Part shown: one piece after another, positions 12,330 through 25,256 of the stretch | Layout of the letters: every line of letters starts with the position of its first letter | Position numbering within the stretch: position 1 is the stretch's first letter | Source of the DNA: Camelus dromedarius | Lineage: Eukaryota | DNA length: 64,000 bases | Assembly: GCF_036321535.1 (NCBI RefSeq) | Contig: NC_087437.1 | Coordinates: forward strand, 42,038,001-42,102,000 | Direction: 5' to 3' | The notes under the pieces: model-generated | The model's input: the letters and a program-made list of their open reading frames with translations, nothing else | What the model was told of the DNA's origin: nothing | Database searches by the model: none | Position numbers and translations under genes: made by a program

Positions 12330-13590
12330 AGTAGAAGGAATAGTCTTTTCAACAAATAGTGCCGGGACAGCTGGATATTCAAATGCAAAAGAATGAAGTT
12401 GGACGTCTACCTCACACCACATACAAAAATTAACTCAAAATGGATTATAGATGTTGAGTGTAAGAGCTAAAACTGTATAACTCCAGGAGTAAAATTTTGT
12501 AACCTTGGATTAGGCGGTGGATTCTTAGATGTGACACCAAAAGTCCAAGCAGCAAAAGAAGAAAACGGATAAATGTGACTTCATCCAAATTAAATTTTTT
12601 TGCACTTCCAAGATCATCATCAACAAATTGAAAAGGGAACTCATAGATTAGGAGAAAATATATGGAAATCGTCTATTTTAGAAGAGATTTGTATCTAGCC
12701 TATATAAGGAAACATAAATCAAGAATAAAAAGACAAAAACTCAGTTAAAATATGGGCAAAGATCAGAATAGAAGTTTCTCCAAAAAAGATGTACAAATGG
12801 CCAAATAGCACATGAAAAGATGGTGAACATCGTTAACCATCAGGGAAATGCAAATCAAACCTGCAGAGCAATATACTTCACACACACTAGGATGGCTTTA
12901 GCCAAAAAGACAGGCATTAACAAGTGTTGGCAAGGATGTGGAAAAATTGGAGCCCTCATACACTGCATGTAGTAATGTAAAATGGTACAGCTGCTTTGGA
13001 AGACAGTCTGGCATTCTTTTAAATGGTTAAATATAGAGTTATCATATGACTCAGCTATTCCACCCTAGGTCGATATCCAAGAGGAAAGAAACATATGTTC
13101 ACACACATAAAAGCTTATACATGAATATTGACAGCAGCATTATTCATAATAGCTCCAAAGTGGAAACAACCCAGATGTTTGTTAGCTTATGAGTGGATAG
13201 ATATGCCATGATATACCCATACAATGGACTATTATACAGCCATAAGAAGGAATGAAGTTTTGATACATGCTAATACCTGGATGAACTTTGAAAATATTAT
13301 GCTAACTGAAAGAAGCCAGACACAGAAGCCATATACGGTATCATTCCATTTATATATAATGTCCAGAATAGGCAAATCCAAAGACACTAATAATAGATTA
13401 GCTGTTGCCAGGGACTAAGGAAGAGAGTATTAGGGGATTGCTGTTAATGGATATGGCATTCTTTTGGGGATGATGGCAATGTTTTGGAAATTGTGGTAAT
13501 GGTCACTCAACTCTGAATATATTCAAAACCACTGAATCAGACACTGAATCAGAATGGATTTTATGATATGTAAATTATATCTCAAAGCTG
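12330..13590 (+). mobile_element. Old LINE-1 (L1MB-like) 3' fragment in sense orientation
   Basis: gaatagtcttttcaacaaatagtgc...ctacctcacaccacatacaaaaattaactcaaaatggat...; ORF 13224..13418 (MDYYTAIRRNEVLIHANTWMNFENIMLTERSQTQK) resembles the translated L1 3' region; ends tatgtaaattatatctcaaagctgtt. Confidence 0.92.
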
Positions 13591-13904
13591 TTACACAAGA
13601 GGGAGAGAGGAAAGATAGTGACTCGTCCTAATTATTAATTAGCAAACAATGGCACAGCTGGGAAAAATGGCCCAGCCTGTCTTTGTGCCTGTGTTGACGA
13701 TGGCAATAACTACTGTGTATGCTGTGCAACATGCTAAACGCTTTATTCATGTCTCTAATTCTCACCAGTCTAACTTTACAAATGAGGAAGCTAAAGCTGT
13801 GAGTTGAACCAGGATTGCAGCGCAGACATTTCTGATCTTATTGACCTTTTTCCCACTATGATGGGACCTCACAGTCAGTGACAGAGCCTGCCTTGATGGA
13901 TATA

Positions 13905-14128
13905 TGGTTGACCCTTGAACAACATGAGTTTGAACTGTGCGGGTGGGTCCACTTACATGTGGATTTTTTTCAATATTAAATACCCAGGACTACACGATCC
14001 GTGGTTGGTTGACTCTGTGGATGTGGGTACAGAACCGCAGATGTGGAGAGCTGATTGTAAATTATATGCAGTCTTCCGACTGCAAGGAGGGTCAGCGCCC
14101 CAGTGCCCTCCTTGTTCAAGGTTAACTG
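13905..14128 (+). mobile_element. Tigger2-derived MITE (TcMar-Tigger), copy 1
   Basis: Terminal inverted repeats tggttgacccttgaacaa (13905) and ttgttcaaggttaactg (14112-14128), flanked by TA on both sides. Internal ggtccacttacatgtggattttttt motif. Confidence 0.85.
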
Positions 14129-14613
14129 TATCTGTTTTATGTTCCGTCACTTTCTGACAGCGTGAGTGTGGATGTGTGGTATGCCTACTCGTGCATCTCC
14201 AGTACTAAAACACCCACTACTCACCTATGAGATGACCTGTTACTGTAAGAAAATTGAGGAGGGAGGCAAGTGAATGATTACAGATGTTACAGTAATAACT
14301 CTAGAGTCAATGGAGAAATTCTTGGTTTAGCATTCATTACATACTTTAGTAGCTAAAAGTGCTTTAAAAATAAATTGATAAACTTAATCAAATTGACAAA
14401 ATACAATTGTCAGTAATAAGCAGATGATGTTATAGAAAGACAGACATCCAGAGCTGAAGAGACAGCTGTGTTCTGCTCTGACGTGCAGTCAGCAGCACAG
14501 CCTGGGTTTTCTTAGGTTAAGGACTGACCCAATGGACCTTAGAGATAGTGTGGACGAGGGTAGGAGGACAGTGGAATCTTATCTGAGATAGTAGGTGTTT
14601 ATGTGTTGTTGGG

Positions 14614-14636
14614 GTGTGTGTGTGTGTGTGTGTGTG
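14614..14636. repeat. (TG)n microsatellite
   Basis: About 11 TG units read directly. Confidence 0.9.
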
Positions 14637-17600
14637 GTGCTTTATTTTTTTGGTGGGAGGCTGGGGTGATTTGAGGAAGATGTAATATGATCTTTTCAAC
14701 TTAAGAGAAAATACAGTGTAAGTTTTTTTTTTCCACCTATGAGAAAGTGGATTTGAGAGTGAGAGGAAGTTAGTCTTAGTACACTCATTTCCATCATCAT
14801 TTCCATTACGTAAAAGCATTTGTTAGTGTGAATTAGGGTTGGAAACTTTGGGAAAACAGGGTGAGCTGAGAGCAACATGGACATTACTTGAAAAGGCCTG
14901 CCATCAAAGTCCACCATGACTACTTCCCATAAAACTTTTAAAATTCCTGTGTCACACAGGCAAATACCTACCTGATGTGAAAGAGGCAGGAATTAAGAGA
15001 AATGTTTCGTACAGTGTGTAGTCGACAGTGGGTGTTCACTGAGTGGTCACTATTGAAATGAAAGAGGCTGTTAGAACAATTTTGATGAAAGTTTGGCAGG
15101 CTTTGCCTTCCTAAATACATACTGAGATCACACAGTATGAAACAAATTTTTCCTTTCATTGTAAACTTGCTCTGGCTATTCTTAATTTTTTTTAATCTCA
15201 TCATTAGCTCTCTGAATAATTTATATATAAAAAATTCTTAGGCAGATGCCTTGAGTTTTATTTTCCATATTTCCATAGCAATTTATGAAACATTTTTCAA
15301 AAGTTACAGGGAAAGGTCTTCATGTAGACCCAAAGATTTAAAAAGAGAAAAAGTGAAGCATCTAAGTTAAGTGTTCTGTCATTTGAGAACCCACTCTTCT
15401 TTTTTCCAGATTGATTGATATAACCTAAAAACTTCAAAGAGTAGTCAAAACTAGTGTTTCTGTTATAGCAGAAGTACACACTTTACCCCATTCTGTCGTT
15501 TTGGGCATTAATTAATGGGTGAATACCTGTTGTAATTATATTGACAGAGGAGAGACGAGAAATCTACTTAAAAACACATGTAAATTTTGGTTTGGTTGGT
15601 CATTCTCCAATGAGGATTGTTTCAAGAGTTGGTCAGAAATCAGAGCCCTGTAGAGAAACAGTAGGGCCTGTTAGGTGGAAGCTATGGGATGCTTTTCTCC
15701 ATTTTGTTCAGCCACACCAGCCAAGCTATAAACATTAGCCTCAACTGCTTCCTTTGGGTGATTACAGCCTGGGGTTAAACCAGTGCTGTGTTTTACCTTC
15801 AATATTGTGAAAATGATAAGCAGGAAGGAACATGGGGCATTGCCCTGGGCCTGAGCAGACTGAAAATCAGATCTATTTGGCAGCCAATAATAAGAGATTT
15901 GGAATTTTTTTCAAGACTTCACCTCCTTTGGAAGAACTGACTTTTCCTTAGGAAGTGAGGGAAATGTTTCACAGTGAACAGAGTTTGTGCATGGGTGTTA
16001 GAAGCATCTGTAGAAAAGAGCAGAGGACTTACGTGTCCATTCTGTTTTAGTTGCCACTGTCAGCAGATTTACAGTAACTTTATCATTTTATGGTTATTAT
16101 GTCTGAGGAGCAGTTACAGACAGGGTTGGCAATGCTAAATTAAAGAGAAGTACCAAGGATGTATGTCTCCCTCAAAGCATTGTGCAAGTTTCCTCTTTCT
16201 GAGCCCTCTCTTGGTCTCCCTGTTCTGCAGTTTCTCTTGGATGTCTTTCCTTTGTTTCTGGGATCCTGGCATTGCGGCATAATAGGACACAGGATTAGCC
16301 AGAGGAACTATGAGCCCAGATGGGACTCTACATCCAGCTCCCTGTGTGATTTTAGGAATATTTTCAAAGTTATTTATTTGGGTATTTCACTTGTTTATTT
16401 ACTCAGTCATTGTTGGTCTTTCTCCCTTTTAGCATGTAAGCTCCCCAAGACCAGGGACCCAGTGTGTACTAGGCATTGACCAATTTGACTGACTGGTTGA
16501 AGGAATTTTTATCTTGTGGAAGGAGGAAGGGAAAGGAAAGTGTTGGGGATCCTGAAGTTCTTTGTAATCTAAAATTAGGTGATTCTCCTCTACTGTTCAT
16601 ATTACTCCTTAAGGAGGAGACAGAGAGAATATAAATATATGTACGTTTGCATAAGCAATCAGTATTGAGAGGATGTCACATCTAGAGATCACTTCTGAAT
16701 CATTAGTAAGGATTGATTATGCACATTATGCTGCATTTGACTTTATTGCACGATTATTGTAGTCTGCCTTTACAAATTAGTGACCCATGTTTGTCATATA
16801 TATCAACTTTTCTTAGAAAATTATCTTTTGGGCACAAAACTTAGCCAAGGTTCGGTAGTTATATTCCTACACACTCTTTGAAATTCACCAGGTTTACAAA
16901 CTTAGGTTTGTAATATAATAATTTTGCCTTGTGATAAATATGATCTGGTATCAGTAGTACAGATTCTTAATCCTTTCTTGTGCCGTGGAACCAATTGCCA
17001 GATTGGTGAAGCATTTTTAAGTGTAAGGTATAAAATTCATAGATACAATCTAGAACAACCTGTCTGTGTTTCCATGGACGTAAACGTGGCAGAGAAGCTA
17101 GACTGAAAAGACATGATTGGACATCTCTTCTATGCTGATTGGACAGGTATGATTCGTGTTACGATAGCTTCATTAATATCTTAAAGGCAGCTCAGTTTGG
17201 CACAAATCAAACCATCAGATCTCTACTTACTATTTGTCTTCTTCAGTTTCTTAAAGCAGCATTTCTCTTTAGTCTGAAATAATTGTTCGGTTGATTTCAT
17301 TCACTGAAACTCTATGGGTGTAACTCTTCTTACTTGTCCAGTGTTCTTAGGTACCACAGAGATATTGGGGGAGGATTAGATTTGATTTTTGATTTTCAAA
17401 TGTGGTTCTTTTTGGTATCTAGGTTGGTGATACACAATAAAGTATGGTAGTAAAGGCGTAGCATTCCAATCAGAGTACTTGGGTATGAATCTTGTCACCC
17501 ATTTAGCTGGCCTTAGGTTAATTTCTTAATTGCTCCTGAAGATACTTCATCTAGAATTTAGGACTGTGGTGTTGCCTATGTTAGAGGATCTTCTGAGTAT

Positions 17601-20207
17601 TGTGCGAGTTAAGTTACGTGCCAAGCGCTTTATGAACTAAGTTGCTTAGCTGTCTCTGAACGGGGCCTCCCTGTCCCTCAAGCTGGAGCAGCGGAGGTTT
17701 GATTAGATGGAGTGAGCACCAGCTGAGGACCCAACCCCAGTTCTGAGGTTCGTAAGATGTATCTCAAACCCTGCTGGGCTTCCTTCTTAATTTGGAAGGT
17801 CTCAGTTGCTGCCAGTGTCCCCTCACCTACAGCACTGCGTACTTTACTGAAGGAGTGGGATTAAGGTGATCCCACAGAAGATGTGCTTGTCTCCATCTTC
17901 TCCAGCCCTGAGTGGGTGTGATGATGACCCACTGAGCAGTCATCTGGAAAGAGCCAGGTCTGTTTAGTAAAGTACTAAAAGTTGATTTCATTTATATATG
18001 CCCTAGTCGTGCTCCTTTTTCCAGATCAAAGATTTATGTAAGTGTGAGTAGTTTTTCTGTGCATCAAAGTGTTTGTTCACATAAAGCCAGCAGAGTGGGG
18101 CTACCATTTATGAGCCTGTCTCCTTATACTGGTCACCTCTGACCCAACCTGTCTATAAGATCCCTGCCCCTATCACTGAAGTCAGGCATGCTGTCAGTAC
18201 CTTCAGCTTGTGACCCCCTATACAGCAACCTCAGATCTGTTATCTGAATCTAACCATTCCCCGCCTTGGTCTATATCTTAACCGTTGTCTGGAGTTGGCA
18301 TGTGCATTAAAAATTATGCATCAGTGGAAAATTTAAGGTTTCTAGATATAAATGAGTATGTAGTAAAATGTTTGAGGAATTTTTATTCATTCATGACTCA
18401 CCTTATCACTTAAAAACCTTAGATTTGGTTACCTACAAAGCAGATGAAAATTAGTTTATTTAATGACTGGCAAGAACTGTTTGAGAAAAGTAATCGGAAT
18501 TTTCAGATTTTTGGAATTTTTTTTCTTGATTTCAGGAAAGGATATTATCAATCTGCAACTACACTGCAGGGTAGTCCTTTGATATTATAGAAAGGCTTTT
18601 AACAACCTAGAATCATCACCAATAATTTATTTTTCCATTTCGCTACAAAAATAACCATGCTGAGTAGTAAAAGGAGCTGGTCCTAAACGGAGAGGGTTTA
18701 TTGTCTCAGGACAGTCATGATCATGGAACATTGGAAAGAGCACATATTATTTCATCAGTGTTGGCTGTTATAAATGTGAAGAGAAATGAGACTGAGAAGT
18801 AACTTTGGGAGTTTTCAACCATAGTTATAGTCATTACATTTGAAAAGAAAGACAAGTTAGTCAGGCGATTTGGGAAATACATTCAATGCTTCCACCATTT
18901 TTAAGTCAAGTAACTTAACTTCATCTGTAAGATAGAATGACTGCTTGCTCCTGTAAGTCTTCGGTTGCCCTTTGAATATTCCTTTATCCCCGTTTTCACT
19001 TTTTTTAGTGGTACTTGAATGATGGTGGTAGGAGTTTGATACATAGCAGCAAAAAAAAAAGGGTTTGGTCTAGGGAAAGTGCAGTCCTTAAGTTTCGAGT
19101 CTCTACTATCCATGAAGAACAGACAGACTTGGTTTTCCTCTTTTGTGCTGTTCACTGTATTAGAAAATGCAGAGTGAGGAATTAGTGCAGAAACCAAGGG
19201 TGAGAGCTCACGCTCTTGTGTTCCCTGGTTGATGATGAATAAAATAAAACCACTCAGCTGCATTTGGGTTTGAAATAGAACTTATATTGGAAATGTATAA
19301 ATTTCCTGTGTTTTCTTGTGGTAAAAATCATACTTACTTAAGAGTGTCAGGAATGACAGAGCTGGAATTAACTGGTTTTAGATCATCTGACATTTTAGAG
19401 TAGGATGTCAGATATTTACCAGAGTTACAGGGAGAAAATTTGATAAAGAATGTGTTAAATAATAGCTCTTGGTAGACATTAAATCTAAGCAGATAAACTT
19501 TTTTTTTTTTTTTGCTTGCTTGCTTTTTCATTTATTTATTCATTAACTAACATACATTGGGGCCAGATATCTCGAGGGACTTGCAGTTGGTGGGAAAGTC
19601 AGATCCGTAACCTGCGCTACAGGATAGAGGTGCTGGTGGGTGGGTACCATTCTGGCTGGGAGAAGGCTTGACTGTTTGCCTGCCCTTCCCTCCGTCCACA
19701 TGGCTGTTCTATTTTTCCTCTCCTTGTTCACTGCTTGTGAGCTCAGTTTTAGCTGAGACTTCTTCCTGTACCAGAATGGCCTGGGAGCCCACTTCCAAGT
19801 CTTTTGGCCCTAGTTTGGAATTGAGTCTGAGCACAACTTTCGCAGACTCTTTTGGTCCCAGTTTCCTGTGTGCGGGCAGCTCACGCAGTGTTTTTCTCGG
19901 CGCTGTGGCAAGCCCCCGTGCCTGCCGGCTCCTGTGTGTCCACGTGCAGCCTGTTCTGCCCGCGTCCTGGATCATCACTGGTCATCGGGGCAGCCTTTAA
20001 AGGCATGTATCTTATGCCTCCTACCACTGAAGCTCCTCTTTTGATTCTTGTTTCTTATAACCCAGAAGAAGTAGGAGAGAGTTTTAGGAATTGAAGAGCT
20101 TATTAAAATTCCTGTGGAGCATTTCAATTTAGTAAGGGAAACTACCTACTTTTTCTGTTAACTATAAGAAAAGACACGTGTAAGTGTTTTTAAGAGATCC
20201 ATTTTAT

Positions 20208-20274
20208 TCTATACATATATATATATACACATACATATATATATATATACACACACATACATATATATATATAT
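20208..20274. repeat. Compound (TA)n/(CA)n microsatellite
   Basis: Repeating tacatatatatatatacacac blocks read directly. Confidence 0.9.
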
Positions 20275-21271
20275 GTGGAATGAGTTAGCTTAACTTTTCT
20301 GAACTTCATTCCTCTTTTTTCTCAAATGTGGGTATAACTATATGCCTCCCAGGATTGTTGGGAGGATTTAAAAGAGGTGGTAATATTAATAGTAGTAATT
20401 GCTGGGTAAGGTTTTTCTATTTCGTATCCGTTACTGTTCCAGGACCTTAACATATGTTGCCTCAGTTCATGTAGAGGGTATTAAAGCAGAGCAGCAGGTA
20501 ATCAATAAGTATTGATTGTATCTTGAATCCTTTCACATCTCTTAACAACCCAGCTGTCCTATTTCTTGTAGCTCATTATTTTCATATTTCTTTCACAGCA
20601 GATCTAACTTGTGTATGACTCTCTCCATAATGAAAACTTTGGAGTACAGACCGGGATGAAAACCTGGTTCTGCAGTTGCACTAGTTGTACATTTTAATCA
20701 TGCTGTGCCTTGGTTTTCTCGTGTACAGCAGGTGCTGACATCTAATTCTCCAGGAGCTGAGGGAGTTAAATGAGATACCCCATGACAAGCAGCTGGCCGA
20801 CCACAGCACTGGTTCTGACTCTCTCCTCTCCCTCCGTGTGGGCCGCTCCCAGCAGCACTTCCTCTGGCTGCTACCCCAGGCCATCTCACTTCAGGCCATC
20901 TCATTTTAACGGTTCTCTTGGTCATAGCTTTAAACACTGAGGCAAGCAAGGTGAATGTTCTCCCTGTTTAACCTTTTGTGCCTTATTCTCTAACCTCTCA
21001 TCCTTGTGTCTGGGCCACAGGACAGCAGAGAATACTAGGCACGCACAAGTTTCTCAGTAAATACTTACAGAGCAGAATAAAAGGACAGGGAAAAAACTCA
21101 AACTGGTTGCTATTTGCCATCAAGTTGACTTTCTTCTTTAGCCTGAAGAAGATGACTGGGTATTTGTCCATGGAAGATAAATGCATTACTTTTTAAAGAT
21201 GTTTTGTTTGTTAGTTTTGTTTTTCAAGCAGACGAGGCTGGAAGAACGTCAGATAGGGTAACCTGGGAGGT

Positions 21272-21640
21272 GTATTAATTTGCTTGGACTACCATAACAA
21301 AGTACCGAAGACTGGGTGGCTTAAACAGCAGAAATTATTTCCTCATGATTCTGGAGGCTGCAACTTTGGTTTCTTCTGAGGCCCCTCTTCTTGGCTCTTA
21401 GATGGCCTTCTTCCCTTGGTGTCCTCACATGACCTTCCTTCTGCCTGTCTGCGTCCTTCCTTTTTTCCTAACGATGTCAGTGATACTGGAGCAGGACCCA
21501 CCCATATGACCTCATTTTACCATAATTACCTCTTTAAAGATGCTATCTTCAAATACAGTTACATGCTGAGTTACTGGGGGTTTGGACTTAAATATATGAA
21601 CTGGTGGGGGCAGGGAGGGAGGTACATAAGTCAGTCCATA
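21272..21640 (-). mobile_element. MLT1 (ERVL-MaLR) solo LTR
   Basis: tgtattaatttgcttggactaccataacaaagtaccgaagactgggtggcttaaacagcagaaatt...acagttacatgctgagttactgggggtttggacttaaatatatgaa. Confidence 0.85.
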
Positions 21641-24600
21641 CGGGTGGCAACCTGAGGGCCTGGCACAGTGGTTGTTTTCTAAGGGTCTGTGCTTCTCTGG
21701 AGAAGATATGTGAGTGATTGTTTTGTTGAATCATAGAGCTAGAAAACATCTAGATGAAGAATACTTGGTTTTGATTTCTGAAAAAGTAATACTTTGCTCT
21801 GAATTCTGGGGAAGAAAAACTCACTAGGACTTAGTCTAATTTTTTCCTTTATATTATTTTTAGGCTAAAGTAAGATAAACCTTACTGTTCAGCACCTATT
21901 TTTTTTCTCACCTTTGAATATCCAGTGCTTTGCTCACAGAATGTGTCAGGAAGTAGTTGTTGAATTGAATACAGGTGATTTGTCTGCCTTTGGACATGGT
22001 CACAATTTCATTCACCCACAAAGGAAACGAATTGTCTTTTCCATGGTCATTAGAGAAGACTGAGGGCACATTTTATTGCCTCAGGATTTTGGGACTGAAC
22101 TCTTTCTAATGTCTGAATTCGTCTGCTACAGTAATATATTTCTTTATGAACCATGTTTTTTAAACAAAGAATGTTATTGCTTCCATTTCCTGAGTTGCTT
22201 TTTATTTTGTGCATTATTATTTGCTCTTCAGACTTCTTTTTCTTTGGAAGAACACAGGCATAATTTCCTTAGACATAGATCAAAACTAGATTTGATAATT
22301 AAATATGCTGCAACTTGTATTATGGAAGAACAATAAAATACTCAGCACAAATTTTTTGATTTTTGTTTCTAATTTCAGAATATTTCATTTCTTAAAAATA
22401 TTTTTAATCATAAGGTAAGCTTTGATGGGTTAAAGGAACAGGTCTCCAAAAGTATCCTCATTACTCATGTACGTGTAAATAGATGTCTCACAAATACCAC
22501 AGAATAATTTAAGATAATTTAAAATGGGGCTTTCAGACAGTTTTCATATACGCAGGCAATTTGTGGCTTCAAAATGCTACTTAGTTTCCTGGCGGGAAAC
22601 TTTTTTTGGTGAAGATTAATTTATACTTCAGACATTAATTTTTATAATTAGTGGAAATAATGTATTCTTACAAAATATAGTAGTAAAAAGGTAATGTTTC
22701 AGCTCTGTATCTCTTTTATTTTGCTTTTTCCCCCCTTGACTAGAATTCTTATCTTTGTTAGTGCTTTTTGCCTCTTTTTAAAAGCGCTGTAACAGTTCAG
22801 AAACTATATAATAAATGAAAATAATTTCTCTTCATTATAACTACCCCTGTTTACAAGCCCACGGTTGTTCTTCATATTTGGTGAGAGCCCTGCTCTTGTT
22901 TACCTACCTCCATCAAGTCTTTATGACTGCTTGACCATAAAGTTTGACATTGACTGAAATACTGAAGGCTGTAAGTTTCTAGAAAACTAATACTTTGCTT
23001 CTGTGGACCTTCCAGTGTCCTAGCACAGGAGTAAATGAAGGTTCCGTGAGAGGGGGGCATCTAGAATATGCCCTACTTTTTTCTTAATAGCTAGTGGCAG
23101 GGTGAGGGGAAAAAAGACAATATAGAGTAATGCATATTTGTACCAAGTGGTAAGAAAAACCCATATTTATACTAAAATTGTACAAAATGTGCTCTCATAG
23201 TCATGCTCTGCATTTTGGACAAAACAGAAGATGCTTTGATGATATTTATCAGCATATGTATTAGAATTTCTAGTGTCATGGTTTAAGCATCATTTCACAT
23301 ATATCTGTAACTTAACAGCCTAAGTGGGGCTAACGTGATTAGCTTGCCAGGGCCTGGAAGAGGTTACATTTGTTAGAGATATGTAAAAAGCCACATCCTG
23401 AGCTTTAGTAGGATGACTCAGAGTCTTAATTTGCTTTATTAATGAACAATTAACATAGTAGTTAATTTTGAAACTATTATGTTACTGTGTAATCATTAAT
23501 AAAGATTTTTGTTTCCTTAACATAAAGATTAATGGCTATTAATTAAAATTAAAGCTATCTCTTATGCTGAAGTACCAACTAACATTGATAAACTTTCCAT
23601 TTTTTTCTCTCAAGAAGTATTTTTAAAAACAAAGCTTAGTATAATTTTATTAGAGTGCTTTAGACATGATTAAGTCATTTTATTTTGGCCTACAGTCAGC
23701 TTCCTGAGGTGTAATGAGAAATCTGTTTCAATGTACAAGTGTAATTTTCAGTTGTTGCTTCCTCCCTTCCTCCCTTCCTCCCATTCTTCCCTTTCTTCCC
23801 TTCTTCCCTTCTTCCTTTCTTTCTCTCTTTCTTTCCTTGGCTCTTTTAAACAAAATTTCCTATCAGTGTGTGCCGGACTGTCTCAAGTGCTTGATTAGAC
23901 CATCTGGTCTCTTTGGAAGCCTGGTCCTGGCTTCCAAGTTTGCTCTTGTGCCGTCATTGTCCGCTTCCTTGCAGGGCCCTAGCACAGGGGCCGTGCTCTC
24001 AGCTGCCTCAGCCCTACTGATTCTTTGAGTCCCTGAAGCCTTACTCTGAACCTGCCATTTCATACTCTGGTTCTCTGTACCCCACAGCTTTACCTTTTGA
24101 TTATGTAATCTGTTGTATTATTTCTTATCTTGTGTCTCAACAAAATTGTTTGCTCCTAGAGCAAATAGCATGAAGTTAGCCACAGAACCCATAAACATTG
24201 GCATTATACTCATATGTTACCTTATTTTGGTTCAATTTTTACAAAATCATTTGAAGAAAGGATGGATAGAATGTTGGTTGGCTCACTCTGCCCATAGCAG
24301 GTCCCCTGTCACAGTGTCTCCTCACGTTACTCATTGCATCATCAGGACATTTTGGGAGCAGAAGTGTCCTTGATTTGGGATTGTTCAAGTGTCTGGTTTC
24401 TTGGGATCCTCTCATCCGCATCCTTGGTCTCAGGTTAAATGACCTTTCAGTACACATATGTTTTCTGAAGTTAATGTTCCCTTTGTTTCCTAAAACCCCA
24501 ATGTCGTGGAACTGTGCTTGCTAAAGCAGGAATAGGGTCAAGAGCTACCAGGCAGAGCTGGAAGCTCAGCCCTCTAAAGAGTGTAAGTGGCCCAGAAAGT

Positions 24601-25012
24601 CTCTTTCTGGAAAACCACTTAATTGATCATCAGAGCCGTTCCTAAAATCAGCTTAAGCACACATTAAATTCAACTTGTCTTAGATGAAGTCTCCAGAAGT
24701 CTTCTTCAGCTGTGAAAATTTTATGAGACAAACGAGATTTATTGTCGAGCTGTTGATCTCTCCAAAACGTTTTGTGTAATCAGAATCAGGTGGTTGATGA
24801 AAAGTTTATTTTCATAAATTTTAACTGTTAAATATTATTTTTAAAACTCATTTAGCTGGTTGAATTAGAGAACTTGAATTCAACATGCACTGATTCTTTT
24901 TTTCCCTATGTAGGAAAGAAAATTAAAATTAAGGGGGAAGTAATTAAATACTATGTACAGTCCCAGGATCTTTGCTAATAACGCACTACATTCCTTTTGC
25001 TGTTTTCTTCAG

Positions 25013-25256
25013 GTGATTGAGGACAATACCGGCGTCCGCCGGGTGGTGGTCACCCCCCAGTCTCCTGAGTGTTACCCGCCAAGCTACCCCTCGGCCATGT
25101 CTCCAACCCATCACCTACCCCCCTACCTGACTCACCATCCGCATTTTATTCACAACTCACACACGGCTTACTACCCACCTGTTACTGGACCTGGAGATAT
25201 GCCGCCTCAGTTTTTTCCTCAACATCATCTTCCCCCTACAATATATGGCGAGCAAG
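25013..25256 (+). CDS. FNDC3B: FNDC3B coding exon B (244 nt; likely human exon 5 equivalent), Pro/His/Tyr-rich VIEDNTGVRR...PPTIYGEQ
   Basis: Acceptor ttccttttgctgttttcttcAG (AG 25011-25012); donor CAAG|GTGAGA at 25257. Phase 0 in, phase 1 out. Contained in ORF 24953..25348. Confidence 0.96.
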
